Assembly: GCA_038142325.1 (NCBI GenBank)
Contig: JAYQJW010000002.1
Coordinates: 32,001 to 96,000, forward strand
From: Gammaproteobacteria bacterium
GTDB taxonomy: Bacteria; Pseudomonadota; Gammaproteobacteria; GCA-002705445; GCA-002716945
Length of the DNA stretch: 64,000 bases
Direction: 5' to 3'
Within the stretch, counting starts at the first letter, position 1, and the number at the start of each line of letters is the position of its first letter. Shown one piece after another: positions 30,853 to 44,577 of the stretch. The notes below the pieces were generated by a model. It saw only the letters and a list, made by a program, of their open reading frames with translations, was not told where the DNA came from and made no database searches. The translations under genes were made by a program, and so were the position numbers.

Positions 30853-32229
30853 TACTTTCTTTTAACTTTTTGAGTTGTTCTGTTTTTCCAGTTTCTTATA
30901 GTCATTTGTTTGCTTCTCGCAATTGTTAGATGACCAGAACCTGATGTATCTTTGGTTATGGTTGAACCAGCAGCTATAAATGATCCTTGACCAATTATCA
31001 CTGGAGCTACTAGCATTGAACCAGACCCTATGAATGAATTATCTTTTACTATAGTTTTATGTTTGTTAACGCCATCGTAGTTACATGTAATAGCGCCAGC
31101 ACCTATGTTAACGTTTTTACCAATTGTTGCATCACCCACATAACTTAGATGGTTAATTTTAGTATTCTCTTTGATAAGTGAATTTTTAATTTCAACAAAG
31201 TTTCCTATATTGCAGTAGGATTTAATCGTTGTGCCAGGTCTAATTCTAGCGAAAGGCCCAACAGTAGAAGTTATCGCCTATAGTTGCTCCAAAAATAATT
31301 GTGTTAGGTTTGATAAATACATTTTTACCGATCTTGCATCTATTCAAATAACAATTATGTCCTATGGTTGAGTTTTCACCGATTGATACGTTATCTTCAA
31401 AGACGCAGTTAATATCAATTTCAACATTGCTACTAACACGAAGCTGTCCTCTAATATCTGTCTTTGATGGATCTCTGATAAGAGTTCCACTTTCAAGAAG
31501 CTCTTCTGCTTTTTCACGTAAATACTGTCTCTCAAGATTTACCAAATCAACCTTAGAATTAACGCCTTTTACTTCAAGCTCGTTTTTAAATTTAAAAGTA
31601 GAAACTTTTTTATCATTAGCAGTGAGTATTTTTATGATATCAGTTAAATAATATTCTTTTTTTGATTATTATTTTTAATCTGACCAATGTACTTTCTTAG
31701 AATTTTTTCATGTATGGCGATGATGCCAGTGTTTACCTCACGAATTAAACGCTGTTCGGCAGTAGTTTCCTTATCTTCTACAATACAGTCAAACTTATTA
31801 TTTATTCTTACAATTCTCCCATACCCTTTTGGTGATTCTAGCTCAATAGTTCCTACGACGGCATCCGCAGTCTTAAGTTTAGCAATAAGTTTTTTTATTG
31901 ATGCGCTAGTAATAAATGGGACATCGCCACATAAAATTAGTATCTTAGAACTAAATGGATGTTTCTTTTTGAGTGCTGATTTAACAGCGCCTGCAGTACC
32001 ATCTAAAACAGACTGATATGTATAATCTACTTTTTCTTCATCAAGTAATTTTTTTAATTCAGGCGAGTTATTGTTAATAACACATAAGTTACTTTTAGCT
32101 TTAGCTGGCTTTAAGCGATGAGATAATGTGATTGATTACTGGTTTACCAGCTATATTGAATAACAACTTTGATTTATTGGCTTTCATCCTGGTGCTTTTC
32201 CCAGCTCCCAGAATAATAGATGTAAACAT
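30852..32229 (-). CDS. glmU: Bifunctional UDP-GlcNAc pyrophosphorylase / glucosamine-1-phosphate acetyltransferase (several frameshifts)
   Basis: [38 protein letters not shown], hexapeptide repeats, [11 protein letters not shown]. Confidence 0.93.
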
Positions 32230-32240
32230 TAACTACCCCT

Positions 32241-32664
32241 TTATTTTTTTGTATTACTTCTCAGTTTCTTAATAAGGCGTAATTGTGCAGCAGCTTGCAT
32301 GAGTTCTGTTTTAGCTTTAGAAGAATCAATTTCATTGTCACTATTTTTCATTGCCTCTTTAGCTTGACGTTCAGCTTCAAGAGCTCTTTCTTCATCTAGA
32401 TCATCTTCTCTTAATGCTGTATCTGACAAAATAGTTACCTCATTAGGTTGTACTTCCAATATACCACCACTTACATAAAAGGTCTTCATCTCGTCTTTAC
32501 TAATTTGAGCCGAACATCTCCAGGCTTAAGTTTGGTAATCAATGGCGTATGTTTTGGTGATACGCCTACCTCTCCCATTTCTGCTGGCGCGTATACCATC
32601 TCGACTTCCTCAGAAAAAAGCTCTTCTTCGGCACTTACAATTTCTAATTTAATCTTCGATGACA

Positions 32665-32665
<1 letters not shown>
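32241..32665 (-). CDS. atpC: ATP synthase F1 epsilon subunit (frameshift near 32490)
   Basis: LEIVSAE...GEVGVSPKHTPLIT...FYVSGGILEVQP. Confidence 0.93.
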
Positions 32666-34053
<1,388 letters not shown>

Positions 34054-34061
34054 CTATCTTT

Positions 34062-34926
34062 TTATAGCGCTGCTGCACCAGAGATAATCTCTGATATTTC
34101 TTGTGTAATTGCTGCTTGTCTATTTTTGTTATAAATTAATTGTAATTCTGCTATTAAATCTGTTGCGTTGTCAGAGGCTGCCTTCATTGCAACCATTCTT
34201 GACGCTTGCTCGCATGCTAGATTTTCAACAAGCCCTCTATAGACCAAAGACTCTATATATCGGGTAAAAAGTGACTCTAGTACAGTTTCAGCGTCAGGCT
34301 CATAGAGATAATCCCAATAATAATCATAATCTTCATTTTTAAGTTCAGTATTTATTGGAAGTATTTTTTGAATTGTAGGCTCTTGGCTGACAGTATTAAT
34401 AAACTTATTGTATACGAGATGAACTTCATCAATGTCTTTGTTTATAAAACTATCAATGGTGCTTTTAATCAAACCAAGAACTTGTTCTACTTTTGGTTTA
34501 TCGCCAAGTTGTGAAGTTTGTGCAATCACATCTCCGCCCATTCTTTGAAAAAAGATGTCGCTTTACTTCCTACTAAAGCAAAGGCTGGATCAATATTTGA
34601 TGCCTTATCTTGTTCGATATTTTCTAAAACAATTTTAAAGAGATTATTGTTAAGACCTCCACACAGACCTCTATCTGATGAAATAATTATATATAGCCCT
34701 TTTTCCTAACTTCTCTCTTTGAGAAAAACTCTGAAGTATATTCAGGATGAGCATGTGCAAGATGAGTGATAACATTTAAAATCTTATCAGCATATGGTCT
34801 TGCCCTAGTCATTTGATCTTGAGCTTTTTTCATTTTACTTGCAGCAACCATCTCCATAGCTTTTGTAATCTTTTGTGTATTTTGAATACTAGCTATTTGT
34901 GTTCTTATTTCTTGGCTGCCAGACAT
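34062..34926 (-). CDS. atpG: ATP synthase F1 gamma subunit (frameshifts)
   Basis: [50 protein letters not shown]. Confidence 0.95.
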
Positions 34927-34928
34927 TC

Positions 34929-36471
34929 TTAGTAAACCCCTTTATCTCTAAAGTCGTCCATCAACGATTTCATCTTGGAAGCAATATCATCGTTATAGTC
35001 ACAATTAGTGTTAATCTCATTTACTAGTTCTGAATACTTTTCATTAGCAAACTCATGCAGTGATTTTTCAAAAGATATAATCTTGTCTATATCGACATCA
35101 TCTAAATATCCTTCATTTGCAGCAAAAAGCGATAAAGCCATATCAGCAACAGTAAGCGGAGTGTATTGTGATTGTTTCATAAGTTCAGTTACACGCTTAC
35201 CTCTTTCCAATTGTTTTCTTGTTGCTTCATCTAAGTCTGAGGCAAACTGGGAAAAGGCAGCTAGTTCACGATACTGAGCTAATGCAAGCCTCACACCACC
35301 ACCGAGCTTTTTAATAATTTTAGTTTGAGCAGCGCCACCAACACGTGATACTGATAAACCAGCATTAATTGCAGGACGTATACCTGCGTTAAATAAGTCA
35401 GTTTCTAAAAATATTTGTCCATCTGTAATTGATATCACATTGGTTGGAACAAATGCTGATACATCGCCAGCCTGTGTTTCAATTATAGGTAACGCTGTTA
35501 ATGAACCCGTTTTACTTTTAACCTTTCCTTTCGTTATGTCAGTGACTGCATCTTCGTTAATTCTTGCAGATCTCTCAAGAAGCCTTGAATGTAGATAAAA
35601 TACATCACCAGGATATGCTTCACGGCCTGGCGGTCTTTTGAGTAGCAATGAGACTTGTCGGTAAGCCCATGCCTGCTTAGTTAAATCATCATATACAATT
35701 AGTGCATCTTCGCCAGAATCTCTGAAAAACTCTCCCATCGCACAGCCAGAATATGGTGCAATATATTGCATTGCTGCAGAATCAGAGGCTGAAGCTGCAA
35801 CGATTATTGTGTGTTTTAAAGCATCATGTTCCTCTAAGTTTTCTGACCACAGCAGCAATTGATGAAGCTTTTTGACCAATAGCAACATATATACATTTAA
35901 CACCAGTATCTTTCTGATTAATAATTGCGTCAATCGCCACAGCTGTCTTTCCTGTCTGTCTGTCACCAATAATAAGTTCACGTTGACCGCGTCCAATAGG
36001 AACCATGGAATCGATAGATTTCAAACCAGTTTGAACAGGCTGATCTACAGATTTTCTCTCAATTACCCCAGGGGCAATTTTTTCTATGGGTGATTTGGTC
36101 TTTGCATCTATTGCGCCTGCATTGTCAATTGGCTCACCGAGCGAGTTAACCACCCTCCCTAATAATTCGTTGCCAACAGGAACCTCTAGAATATTACCTG
36201 TACATTTTACAGTATCGCCCTCCGAAATAGATTTGTAATCACCAAGAATTACTGCACCAACAGAATCACGCTCCAGATTTAATGCTAAACCATAAATGTT
36301 GTTTGGGAATTCAAGCATTTCACCTTGAAGTGCATCTGTTATTCCATATATCCTGGCAATACCATCTGTTAAAGAAACGACGGTTCCTTCGTTGTGAGAT
36401 TGTGTTTTTATATCAAGATTCTTTATCTTGTCTTTTATGATGTCGCTTATTTCTGTTGGATTAATAGTCAT
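34929..36471 (-). CDS. atpA: ATP synthase F1 alpha subunit (frameshift near 35830)
   Basis: [46 protein letters not shown]. Confidence 0.97.
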
Positions 36472-36480
36472 TGGTTTTAC

Positions 36481-37015
36481 CTATTGTTTATAATTTGTTC
36501 TTTCATTAAATTTAATTTATTTCTGATGCTATAGTCTGTCACTTCATTGTTAACAGATATCTTGATGCCCGCAAGGAGGTCCTGGTTAATTATTTCTTTA
36601 ATTTGTACTTTTTGTGCATGCTGCTTCATGAGGGTCTTAGACAAATTTTCTTTTGTAATTCTGTAAGAGCAAAAGCAGTTTCAACTTCCGCAACAGTGAT
36701 TTCTTGATCGTTTAGAAGCATGTCATTAAATAACTTATATACTTCATCTATAAAATATATTTTTTTATTATTTATCATGATACTGAGGAAATTAGAAAAT
36801 GATGTGTCATCTTTGCTCAAAAAACTATTCAGAAATGAAAGTGATTTTTTGTCATCAACTCTTGGGCTTGCAATGATGGCTTTAACTTCAGCATCTTTAA
36901 TTACTTCTGACAATATCATTAAATTATCAGCCCAAAGCGAGGTGACATTAGACTCGACCGCAATTTTATAAGCAGCCTCTGCATATGGTCTAGAATATGT
37001 AACGCTATCTGTCAC
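36481..37015 (-). CDS. atpH: ATP synthase F1 delta subunit (frameshift near 36640)
   Basis: TYSRPYAEA at the N-terminus, LLAGIKI...DYSIRNKL at the C-terminus; position between atpF and atpA. Confidence 0.9.
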
Positions 37016-37479
37016 TTATTAATAACCTCATCAATAATCTGTGCATGTGTTTCTTTATTAACTTCTTTCTTTATTACTTTCTCTGCACACAAAAGAGATA
37101 GCTCTACAATATCATCTTTAAGTTTTTCTCTAGCAGCATTCGATTCTTGCTCAAGCTGCTGTGCTGAAGTTTTAGCAATTTTTTGTGCTTCTTCACGAGC
37201 AGTGGCCCTTGCTTCCTCTACAATATTTTTCGACTTTGATTCAGCATCAGTGATTATGTTAGATGCTTTTGATTTAGCTTCATCAATACGTGTTGAAAAT
37301 TCAATAGTTGCCTGTTCAATTTTCTTCTGACCCTGTTCTGCTGCTGCAAGACCATCAGCAATTTTTTTAGTTCTATTGTCCATAGCTTGCGTGAGCGGTT
37401 CCCATAAATATGCTTTTATAAACCAAACAAAAACTATAAAAGTAATCATTTGACCAAAAAGTGTAGCTGTAACATTCAT
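37012..37479 (-). CDS. atpF: ATP synthase F0 b subunit
   Basis: MNVTATLFGQMITFIVFVWF...W.PL...R.KKIADGL followed by a coiled coil. Confidence 0.95.
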   Translation of the reverse strand: MNVTATLFGQMITFIVFVWFIKAYLWEPLTQAMDNRTKKIADGLAAAEQGQKKIEQATIEFSTRIDEAKSKASNIITDAESKSKNIVEEARATAREEAQKIAKTSAQQLEQESNAAREKLKDDIVELSLLCAEKVIKKEVNKETHAQIIDEVINK

Positions 37480-37493
37480 GAAATATTTACTCC

Positions 37494-37787
37494 TTATCCG
37501 CCTATAGCTGCAGTAGCGGCACCGACAAATGGATTAGCAAATACAAAGAACATAGCAAAAGCTAAAACGATAAATGGAAATGACTCCATCAAGCCTGCTG
37601 TTATGAACATTTGTGTCCTGAGCGCAGGAAGCATTTCAGGCTGTCTCGCTATGCCTTCAATATATTTCATACAAATTAAACCCCAGCCTAAAGCAGAACC
37701 AAGTCCAGCTGCGGCCAGCATTATTGACACACCCAAACTAGTTGATGAGTAAATTTGGGTAATCATGTCTGGTGATAGTGTTTCCAT
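37494..37787 (-). CDS. atpE: ATP synthase F0 c subunit
   Basis: AAAGLGSALGWG, ARQPE loop, FITAGLMESFP with the ion-binding Glu. Confidence 0.95.
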   Translation of the reverse strand: METLSPDMITQIYSSTSLGVSIMLAAAGLGSALGWGLICMKYIEGIARQPEMLPALRTQMFITAGLMESFPFIVLAFAMFFVFANPFVGAATAAIGG

Positions 37788-37808
37788 TATTTTTCCTCTT
37801 ATTAATTG

Positions 37809-38588
<780 letters not shown>

Positions 38589-38595
38589 CTGTTAC

Positions 38596-38946
38596 CTAAT
38601 AAATAGTCTTACTCTTGTTAAAGACATACCCAATTTGTGCTAACGCAAATGCAACTAACATTTGCAAAGCGTCGAGATTTAAAATAACAATCCCGACATA
38701 GAAGGCGGCTAAAACAAGAGCCATCCTTACAAGAAGGCTCTTAAATATTACAAGCGAACCTCCACTAAGATTTTGCTCAAGAGCAGCTTCACCTGCTTGG
38801 TTAACACTTCTAGCAAGAAGCATGGTGTTCATTATCGCTGTCGCGCCTCCAAATAAAGACGATTCAAACTTTTGGAAGCCCAAAAACATAAATACGAACG
38901 CTGTAGCTATCGCTATAACGCTTTGAAAAGCAATTACCATTCTCAC
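38596..38946 (-). CDS. atpI: ATP synthase protein I
   Basis: Small 4-TM protein (SSLFGG...) at the head of the atp operon. Confidence 0.75.
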   Translation of the reverse strand: MRMVIAFQSVIAIATAFVFMFLGFQKFESSLFGGATAIMNTMLLARSVNQAGEAALEQNLSGGSLVIFKSLLVRMALVLAAFYVGIVILNLDALQMLVAFALAQIGYVFNKSKTIY

Positions 38947-39060
38947 TTTCGACGTTCACCATGAGCATTTATGACCAACATTTTGGTCAGGGTTAGTATA
39001 GTTGAGTATGGCTATGGATTCAATTTATATGCCTAAAAAACTCAAAGGTCTCTAAGCAAT

Positions 39061-39915
39061 TTAGACAATTTTCCTTATTTTCTCGATAATGCCTTGAAGC
39101 TCATTCATTGTCCTATACTTAATAGTGATATTGCCGCCATTGCTAGTGTGTTTGATTGATGTTTTTGCAGCCAACAAATCAGTAAGCTGCCTCTCTAATA
39201 TAGCCGTGTCTGGATCTTTATGTCTATTGACTGAAGCTTTTTGATTTGACTTACAAAGACTCTCAACAGCTCTTACAGATAAATTACGTTTCACAGCTTC
39301 TTTGATTATTTTTGTTTGATCGCTTATATTAAGGCTTAGAACAGCGCGAGCGTGCCCCATTGATATGGTGCCAATTCTAAGTTGGTCTTTCCCAAATGCG
39401 CATAATTCATTAAGTCTTATTAAGTTCGACACATGTGCTCTAGATTTGGATATGTACTTTGACACATCATCATGACTCATCTCAAACTCATCAATCAGCC
39501 TTTTTAGAGACTCAGCTTCTTCCATAGGATTTAAGTCTTCTCGTTGAACATTTTCTACTATGGACATAACGGCAGATGTTTTCTCATCAACATCAACAAT
39601 GATAGCGCTTATTGTGTCTTTATTTAGCAGCTGTGTTGCTCTCCATCTTCTTTCTCCCACTATCAACTCATATTGGTTGCCGCTCTCTCTTACTACGACT
39701 GGAGCAATTTGCCCGTTTTGAGCGATTGAATCTGCTAAATCTTTTATTTCTTGTTCTTTGAACACTTTTCTTGGCTGGTGCTTGTTTTTAATAATTTTAT
39801 GAACTGGTATGGAGAGTGTTTCAGATTCATTGCTATTAACATCTAACTTTGATGTGTTAGCAGCAGAGCTCAATAATGAATCTAGACCAGACCCAAGTGC
39901 TTTTCGCTTACTCAT
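39061..39915 (-). CDS. parB: Chromosome partitioning protein ParB
   Basis: ALGSGLDSLL, QPRK, GERRWRA, ENVQREDLNP, HTH, GHARA. Confidence 0.95.
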   Translation of the reverse strand: MSKRKALGSGLDSLLSSAANTSKLDVNSNESETLSIPVHKIIKNKHQPRKVFKEQEIKDLADSIAQNGQIAPVVVRESGNQYELIVGERRWRATQLLNKDTISAIIVDVDEKTSAVMSIVENVQREDLNPMEEAESLKRLIDEFEMSHDDVSKYISKSRAHVSNLIRLNELCAFGKDQLRIGTISMGHARAVLSLNISDQTKIIKEAVKRNLSVRAVESLCKSNQKASVNRHKDPDTAILERQLTDLLAAKTSIKHTSNGGNITIKYRTMNELQGIIEKIRKIV

Positions 39916-39957
39916 GTAATTAATATAACCTTACTAAACCTGGTTGTACACATAAGA

Positions 39958-40717
39958 CTACTCATCTTTAATAATTTCACCTGCTAGTGATAGATAAGAT
40001 AATGAGCCTTTAGACAAACCATCATATTCTAGTATTGATTGACCGAAGCTTGGAGCCTCAGCTACACGAATATTTCTTGGAATTTTAGTTTTATAGAGTT
40101 CGTTTGGAAAATATTGCTTAAGTTGTTCGCTAACATCACTGGATAAGTTATTTCTTGAATCAAACATTGTTCTAAGTATTCCCTCAATTTTTAAATTATT
40201 ATTCGATTTTAATTGTATTTGATTAATCGTATTTACTAATTCACTTAAACCCTGTAGTGCATAAAACTCACATTGGACCGCAATTAACACGCCCGTAGCA
40301 GAAACAAGTGAATTGACAGTAAGTATGTTAAGCGATGGAGGACAATCCATTAGAATGTAATCATATGAATTTTTAATAGATGAAAGTTTATTGCGAAGAT
40401 GAAATTCTCTATCATCATTGTTTAGTAAAGACACTTCACTCTCTGTTAAAGATGGAGTTGATGGGAGAATATCATAACCATCCGATTGTGAGTTAATAAT
40501 CGTAAAGCCGATATCAGCTCGGTCTAGTAAAACATCATTTACAGACACATTCTATTGAAGCTGGGTTAATGCCAGAGCCTCTTGTCGCATTTGACTGAGG
40601 ATCTAGGTCTATCAACAAGACGCGCCTCTTCATTTTATGTAGGCATGCAGATAAGTTAATGCTTGTAGTAGTCTTACCAACACCCCCTTTTTGATTAACT
40701 ATTGATAAAATTTTCAA
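39958..40717 (-). CDS. parA: Chromosome partitioning ATPase ParA/Soj (frameshift near 40545)
   Basis: [46 protein letters not shown]. Confidence 0.95.
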
Positions 40718-41355
40718 AGTTTAATCTCAGCTATATATCTGTGTGTATCAAAATATGGCGATATTATTTTATTTATATTTATATTATACATATTCAAGGA
40801 AGTCTTTGATAAGTTTAAAACTGGAGTCCCCGTAAGCATGTAGACTCTTGAAACTTGATTGCTATTTTTACATGTATTTAAAAGATAAATAAATTTTTCT
40901 TCAAAGTTCATTTTTGATATTTTTTTGTTACTAAAATTCTTAAATATAATAACATCGGTACTTGCATTAAACTCTTTATCAAAAAAATCATTTTCACTTA
41001 TTTCAGTATTTTGCAGCTTTAAATGTTTTTTTGCTAACTCAAGAAAGTTAATGAATGCTTGTTTTCTATCAAGCAATATAACTTTTTTTTCAGGCTTAAT
41101 GATAGATAAGATTACTCCGGGTAAGCCTCCGCCTGAGCCTACATCAGTGTAACTATCTCCTTTTAGATGTTTTATTAGCTGATAAGAGTCATAGATTTCC
41201 CGTTTAAGAATATACTCTTTGTCTGATGAAGGAATAAGGTTTTTTGTTTGATGATATTTTAATAGTAGATCGAGATATTCTTGAATGCCAGAAATCTTCT
41301 CATGATTAACGTCAGAGAAAATTTCTTTGATCATGCCAAGAATTTTGTTCGGCAT
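40714..41355 (-). CDS. rsmG: 16S rRNA m7G527 methyltransferase (divergent C-terminal half)
   Basis: [13 protein letters not shown] motif; mnmG-rsmG-parA-parB synteny. Confidence 0.8.
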   Translation of the reverse strand: MPNKILGMIKEIFSDVNHEKISGIQEYLDLLLKYHQTKNLIPSSDKEYILKREIYDSYQLIKHLKGDSYTDVGSGGGLPGVILSIIKPEKKVILLDRKQAFINFLELAKKHLKLQNTEISENDFFDKEFNASTDVIIFKNFSNKKISKMNFEEKFIYLLNTCKNSNQVSRVYMLTGTPVLNLSKTSLNMYNININKIISPYFDTHRYIAEIKL

Positions 41356-41356
41356 T

Positions 41357-43237
41357 TTAAATGAATTGATTTTTCTTAAGATGGATTTTAATAAGAGCAA
41401 GACTTGATGAATTTATACCAGGTACATTTGAAGCCTGGCCAATGCTATCAGGTTTTGCCCTATTGAGTCTCTCGATTGCTTCATTAGATAAACCTTGAAC
41501 ATTTGTATAATCAAGACTTTCTGGAATGATTATTTTATAACTTGATTTTAAATTTTGTATATCTTTTTCCTGTTTGGCTGCATACCCCTCATATTTGATG
41601 TCAGTTGCAACAAGATGTCCGACAGAGGCATTTGCTGTTAACCCAAAAGCTGATAGATGCATGAGATCAGAATATTGAATTTTAGGTGTTTTTAAAAGAG
41701 AGGCTAACGATCTTGATTCTTTCATTTCTATATCGTAGTTGTCTTTTAAATACATATTGTCACTAGAGTTTATATTTATTTTAATGCTCTCTAATCTTTC
41801 TTTTTCTGTTTTTATTTTTTTAACTTTCTCTTCGAATAAATTGTATCTTTCTATTCCAACAACACCGAGTTTATAACCATGTTCTGTTAAGCGCATGTCT
41901 GCATTATCATCTCTAAGCCTTAGCCGGTACTCTGCTCTACTCGTAAACATTCTGTATGGTTCTGTGACGCCTTGCGTCACTAAGTCATCTATCAGTACGC
42001 CAATATATGATTCGTGTCTTCCTGGAGTCCAAGATGTTTTACCTTGTGTCAATCGCGAAGCATTAATGCCTGCTATAATACCTTGTGCGGCTGCTTCCTC
42101 ATAACCTGTAGTGCCATTAATTTGGCCAGCGAAAAATAAGCCTTTTATATTCTTAGTCTCTAAACTAGCTTTTAAACCTCTAGGATCAAAATAGGTATAT
42201 TCAATTGCATAGCCAGGCTGTGTAATTTCACAATCCTCAAGCCCTTTAATAGTTCTTAATAAAGTCTTTTGAATTTCAAGAGGCAAACTTGTTGATAAGC
42301 CATTAGGATAAATCTCTAAGTTATCAGACGATTCAGGTTCTAAAAATATTTGATGGCTATTTTTATCAGAAAATCTATATACTTTATCTTCAATTGATGG
42401 GCAGTATCTTGGGCCAACAGAATTTATTTGTCCGTTGAATAAAGGGGATTTATTTTTATTTTCATGAATTATTTTGTGTGTATCAGAATTTGTATGTGTA
42501 ATATAGCAAGGTATTTTTCTAATGCTTTTAGGAGCTTGTTCATAGTGATCGTTTAAGTATGAAAGCATAGGAAGAGGTGAATCGCTATCTTGTCTTAATA
42601 AATTGTCAAAATTTATTGATTGAGTTTTAATTCTTGGTGGCGTTCCTGTTTTAAGTCTTTTTGTGGCAAAGCCATTATCAGAAAAAAATCTCTCAAGCTC
42701 TATAGATGCCTTATCTCCTGAGCGCCCAGAAGAAAATTTTTTTTCTCCCAAATGTATTACGCCATCTAAGAAAGTGCCTGCTGTAAGAATGACAGAGTGA
42801 GAAAATATTTTTTCACCTGTATCTATAACTACACCGTTAACTTCATTTGATGCAAAGATAAAAGATTGAACCGTTGATTGAAGAATGGTGAGTGATTTAT
42901 GATTTAAGATTTCTCTTTGAATTGCTTTTTTATATGCATCCCTGCAGGTTTGTATCCTTGTTGCCCTAACTGCAGCACCCTTACTAGCATTGAGCACTCT
43001 AGATTGGAGAGATGCTTCATCTGCCGCTTTGCACATGAGCCCATCAAGTGCATCTACCTCTCTGGCTAGGTGAGATTTACCTATTCCTCCTATAGCAGGA
43101 TTGCAGCTCATTTGTCCAATCCCATCCAGTTTCATTGTGATGAGAAGGGTTTTAGATCCTAGTCGTGCGCTAGCATGTGCAGCCTCACAGCCTGCATGCC
43201 CGCCACCAACAACTATAACATCGTATTGTTTATTCAT
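41357..43237 (-). CDS. mnmG: tRNA uridine-5-carboxymethylaminomethyl synthesis enzyme MnmG
   Basis: [63 protein letters not shown]. Confidence 0.97.
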   Translation of the reverse strand: MNKQYDVIVVGGGHAGCEAAHASARLGSKTLLITMKLDGIGQMSCNPAIGGIGKSHLAREVDALDGLMCKAADEASLQSRVLNASKGAAVRATRIQTCRDAYKKAIQREILNHKSLTILQSTVQSFIFASNEVNGVVIDTGEKIFSHSVILTAGTFLDGVIHLGEKKFSSGRSGDKASIELERFFSDNGFATKRLKTGTPPRIKTQSINFDNLLRQDSDSPLPMLSYLNDHYEQAPKSIRKIPCYITHTNSDTHKIIHENKNKSPLFNGQINSVGPRYCPSIEDKVYRFSDKNSHQIFLEPESSDNLEIYPNGLSTSLPLEIQKTLLRTIKGLEDCEITQPGYAIEYTYFDPRGLKASLETKNIKGLFFAGQINGTTGYEEAAAQGIIAGINASRLTQGKTSWTPGRHESYIGVLIDDLVTQGVTEPYRMFTSRAEYRLRLRDDNADMRLTEHGYKLGVVGIERYNLFEEKVKKIKTEKERLESIKININSSDNMYLKDNYDIEMKESRSLASLLKTPKIQYSDLMHLSAFGLTANASVGHLVATDIKYEGYAAKQEKDIQNLKSSYKIIIPESLDYTNVQGLSNEAIERLNRAKPDSIGQASNVPGINSSSLALIKIHLKKNQFI

Positions 43238-44575
43238 TTACCTATACAAAACTCTGAGAAGATTTCATTTAACAATTCTTCTGTTGGATTTTGCCCTAAA
43301 ATAGATGATAAAGCTAGGTGCCCCTCCGCTAGCTCTTGAGCGATGATATCAAAAGATTCATCTTCCAATAACTGTAAGCAGCTGTTTACTCTATTATATG
43401 CATCTTCAAGAAATTTGACCTGTCTAGATCGCGCAAGATAGAGATTCTCTGATGAATCTATATTAATAAAATCTTTATCTATGTGATTCTTAATTAATTC
43501 TAACCCGTCATTGTTAATGGCAGATATATATATCTCAGAAGGTTTGGTATCTATTATTTTGGGCTTGTGTCCTTTAATATCAATTTTATTATAAATGATT
43601 GAATAGTTTTCAATTTCAAAAGTCTTAATGAATTTTTTATCTTCATCATCAAACCCCTTTTTAGTGTGATCAACAACGTAAAAGATTTTATCTGCTTTGT
43701 TGATAGATTTTAAAGATCTCGCAATGCCTTCTTTTTCAATTTCATCTTCTGTAAATCTAAGACCTGCGGTATCAGTAATTTTGACAATTTTATTATTTAT
43801 CTGTAGTTCATATTCAATAGAATCTCTGGTTGTGCCAGCTGAATTTGAAACTATAGATGCATCCTCTCTTAATAAACAATTTATAATTGATGACTTGCCT
43901 GAATTAGGTTTACCAACAAACACATAACTCATTTGTGTGATTAAGTTTTTTTCCTTCATAAGAATTACTTAGTAATGACTTAAGTGACGAGCGGCTCGAG
44001 ATTAGTTTTTTGTTTATACTAGAGACACTGAGTTCAGGAACGTCATCGTCTTCTGGGAAATTTATAACTGATTCTACCTCAGCCCTTATTGATATAACTT
44101 CTCTAATTATGTTATTTACTTCATCAGAAAATTTACCGTTTAAAGAATTTTGAGCAGCCTTTAGTGCTTGAACATTAGAGGCTGATATTAAGTCTGATAC
44201 AGCTTCTGCCTCAGCAAGAGAAAGTTTATTATTCATGTACGCTCTTTGAGTAAATTCTCCGGGTTCTGCACGCGTTGCTCCAGCATCACATAAAACATTA
44301 ACAATAGAATTTAATATTAAATTATTGCCATGCGATATGATCTCGATGACATCTTCTCCTGTGTACGACCTAGGCCCCTTATAAAAAATAATTATGCAGC
44401 CGTCAATTATTCTATTCCCCGATCTAAAGGAGGTTAATACTGCTCTTCTGTCTTGTAATTCTTTATCTATGTATGGAGAAATAATCTCTTGTAAATTTGA
44501 TCCGCTTAAACGTACTATTCCTAGAGCAGATGTTCCGTGCGGTGTTGCAATAGCGCATATTGCATGATTGCTCAT
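43234..44575 (-). CDS. mnmE: tRNA modification GTPase MnmE (frameshift near 43945)
   Basis: [51 protein letters not shown]. Confidence 0.95.
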
Positions 44576-44577
44576 CT

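Noticed and set aside
37494-37787. The c subunit has Glu-Ser (LMESFP), resembling the Na+-binding signature of F-ATPases
   Set aside because: The other Na+ ligands (Gln in helix 1, Thr and Tyr after ES) are replaced by W, F and I, so H+ coupling is more likely and fits a proton-pumping PR.
40714-41355. RsmG C-terminal half lacks the usual SRA motif
   Set aside because: It is consistent with fast divergence under AT pressure, as in rnpA, hemD and recF. I cannot distinguish loss of function from drift by eye.
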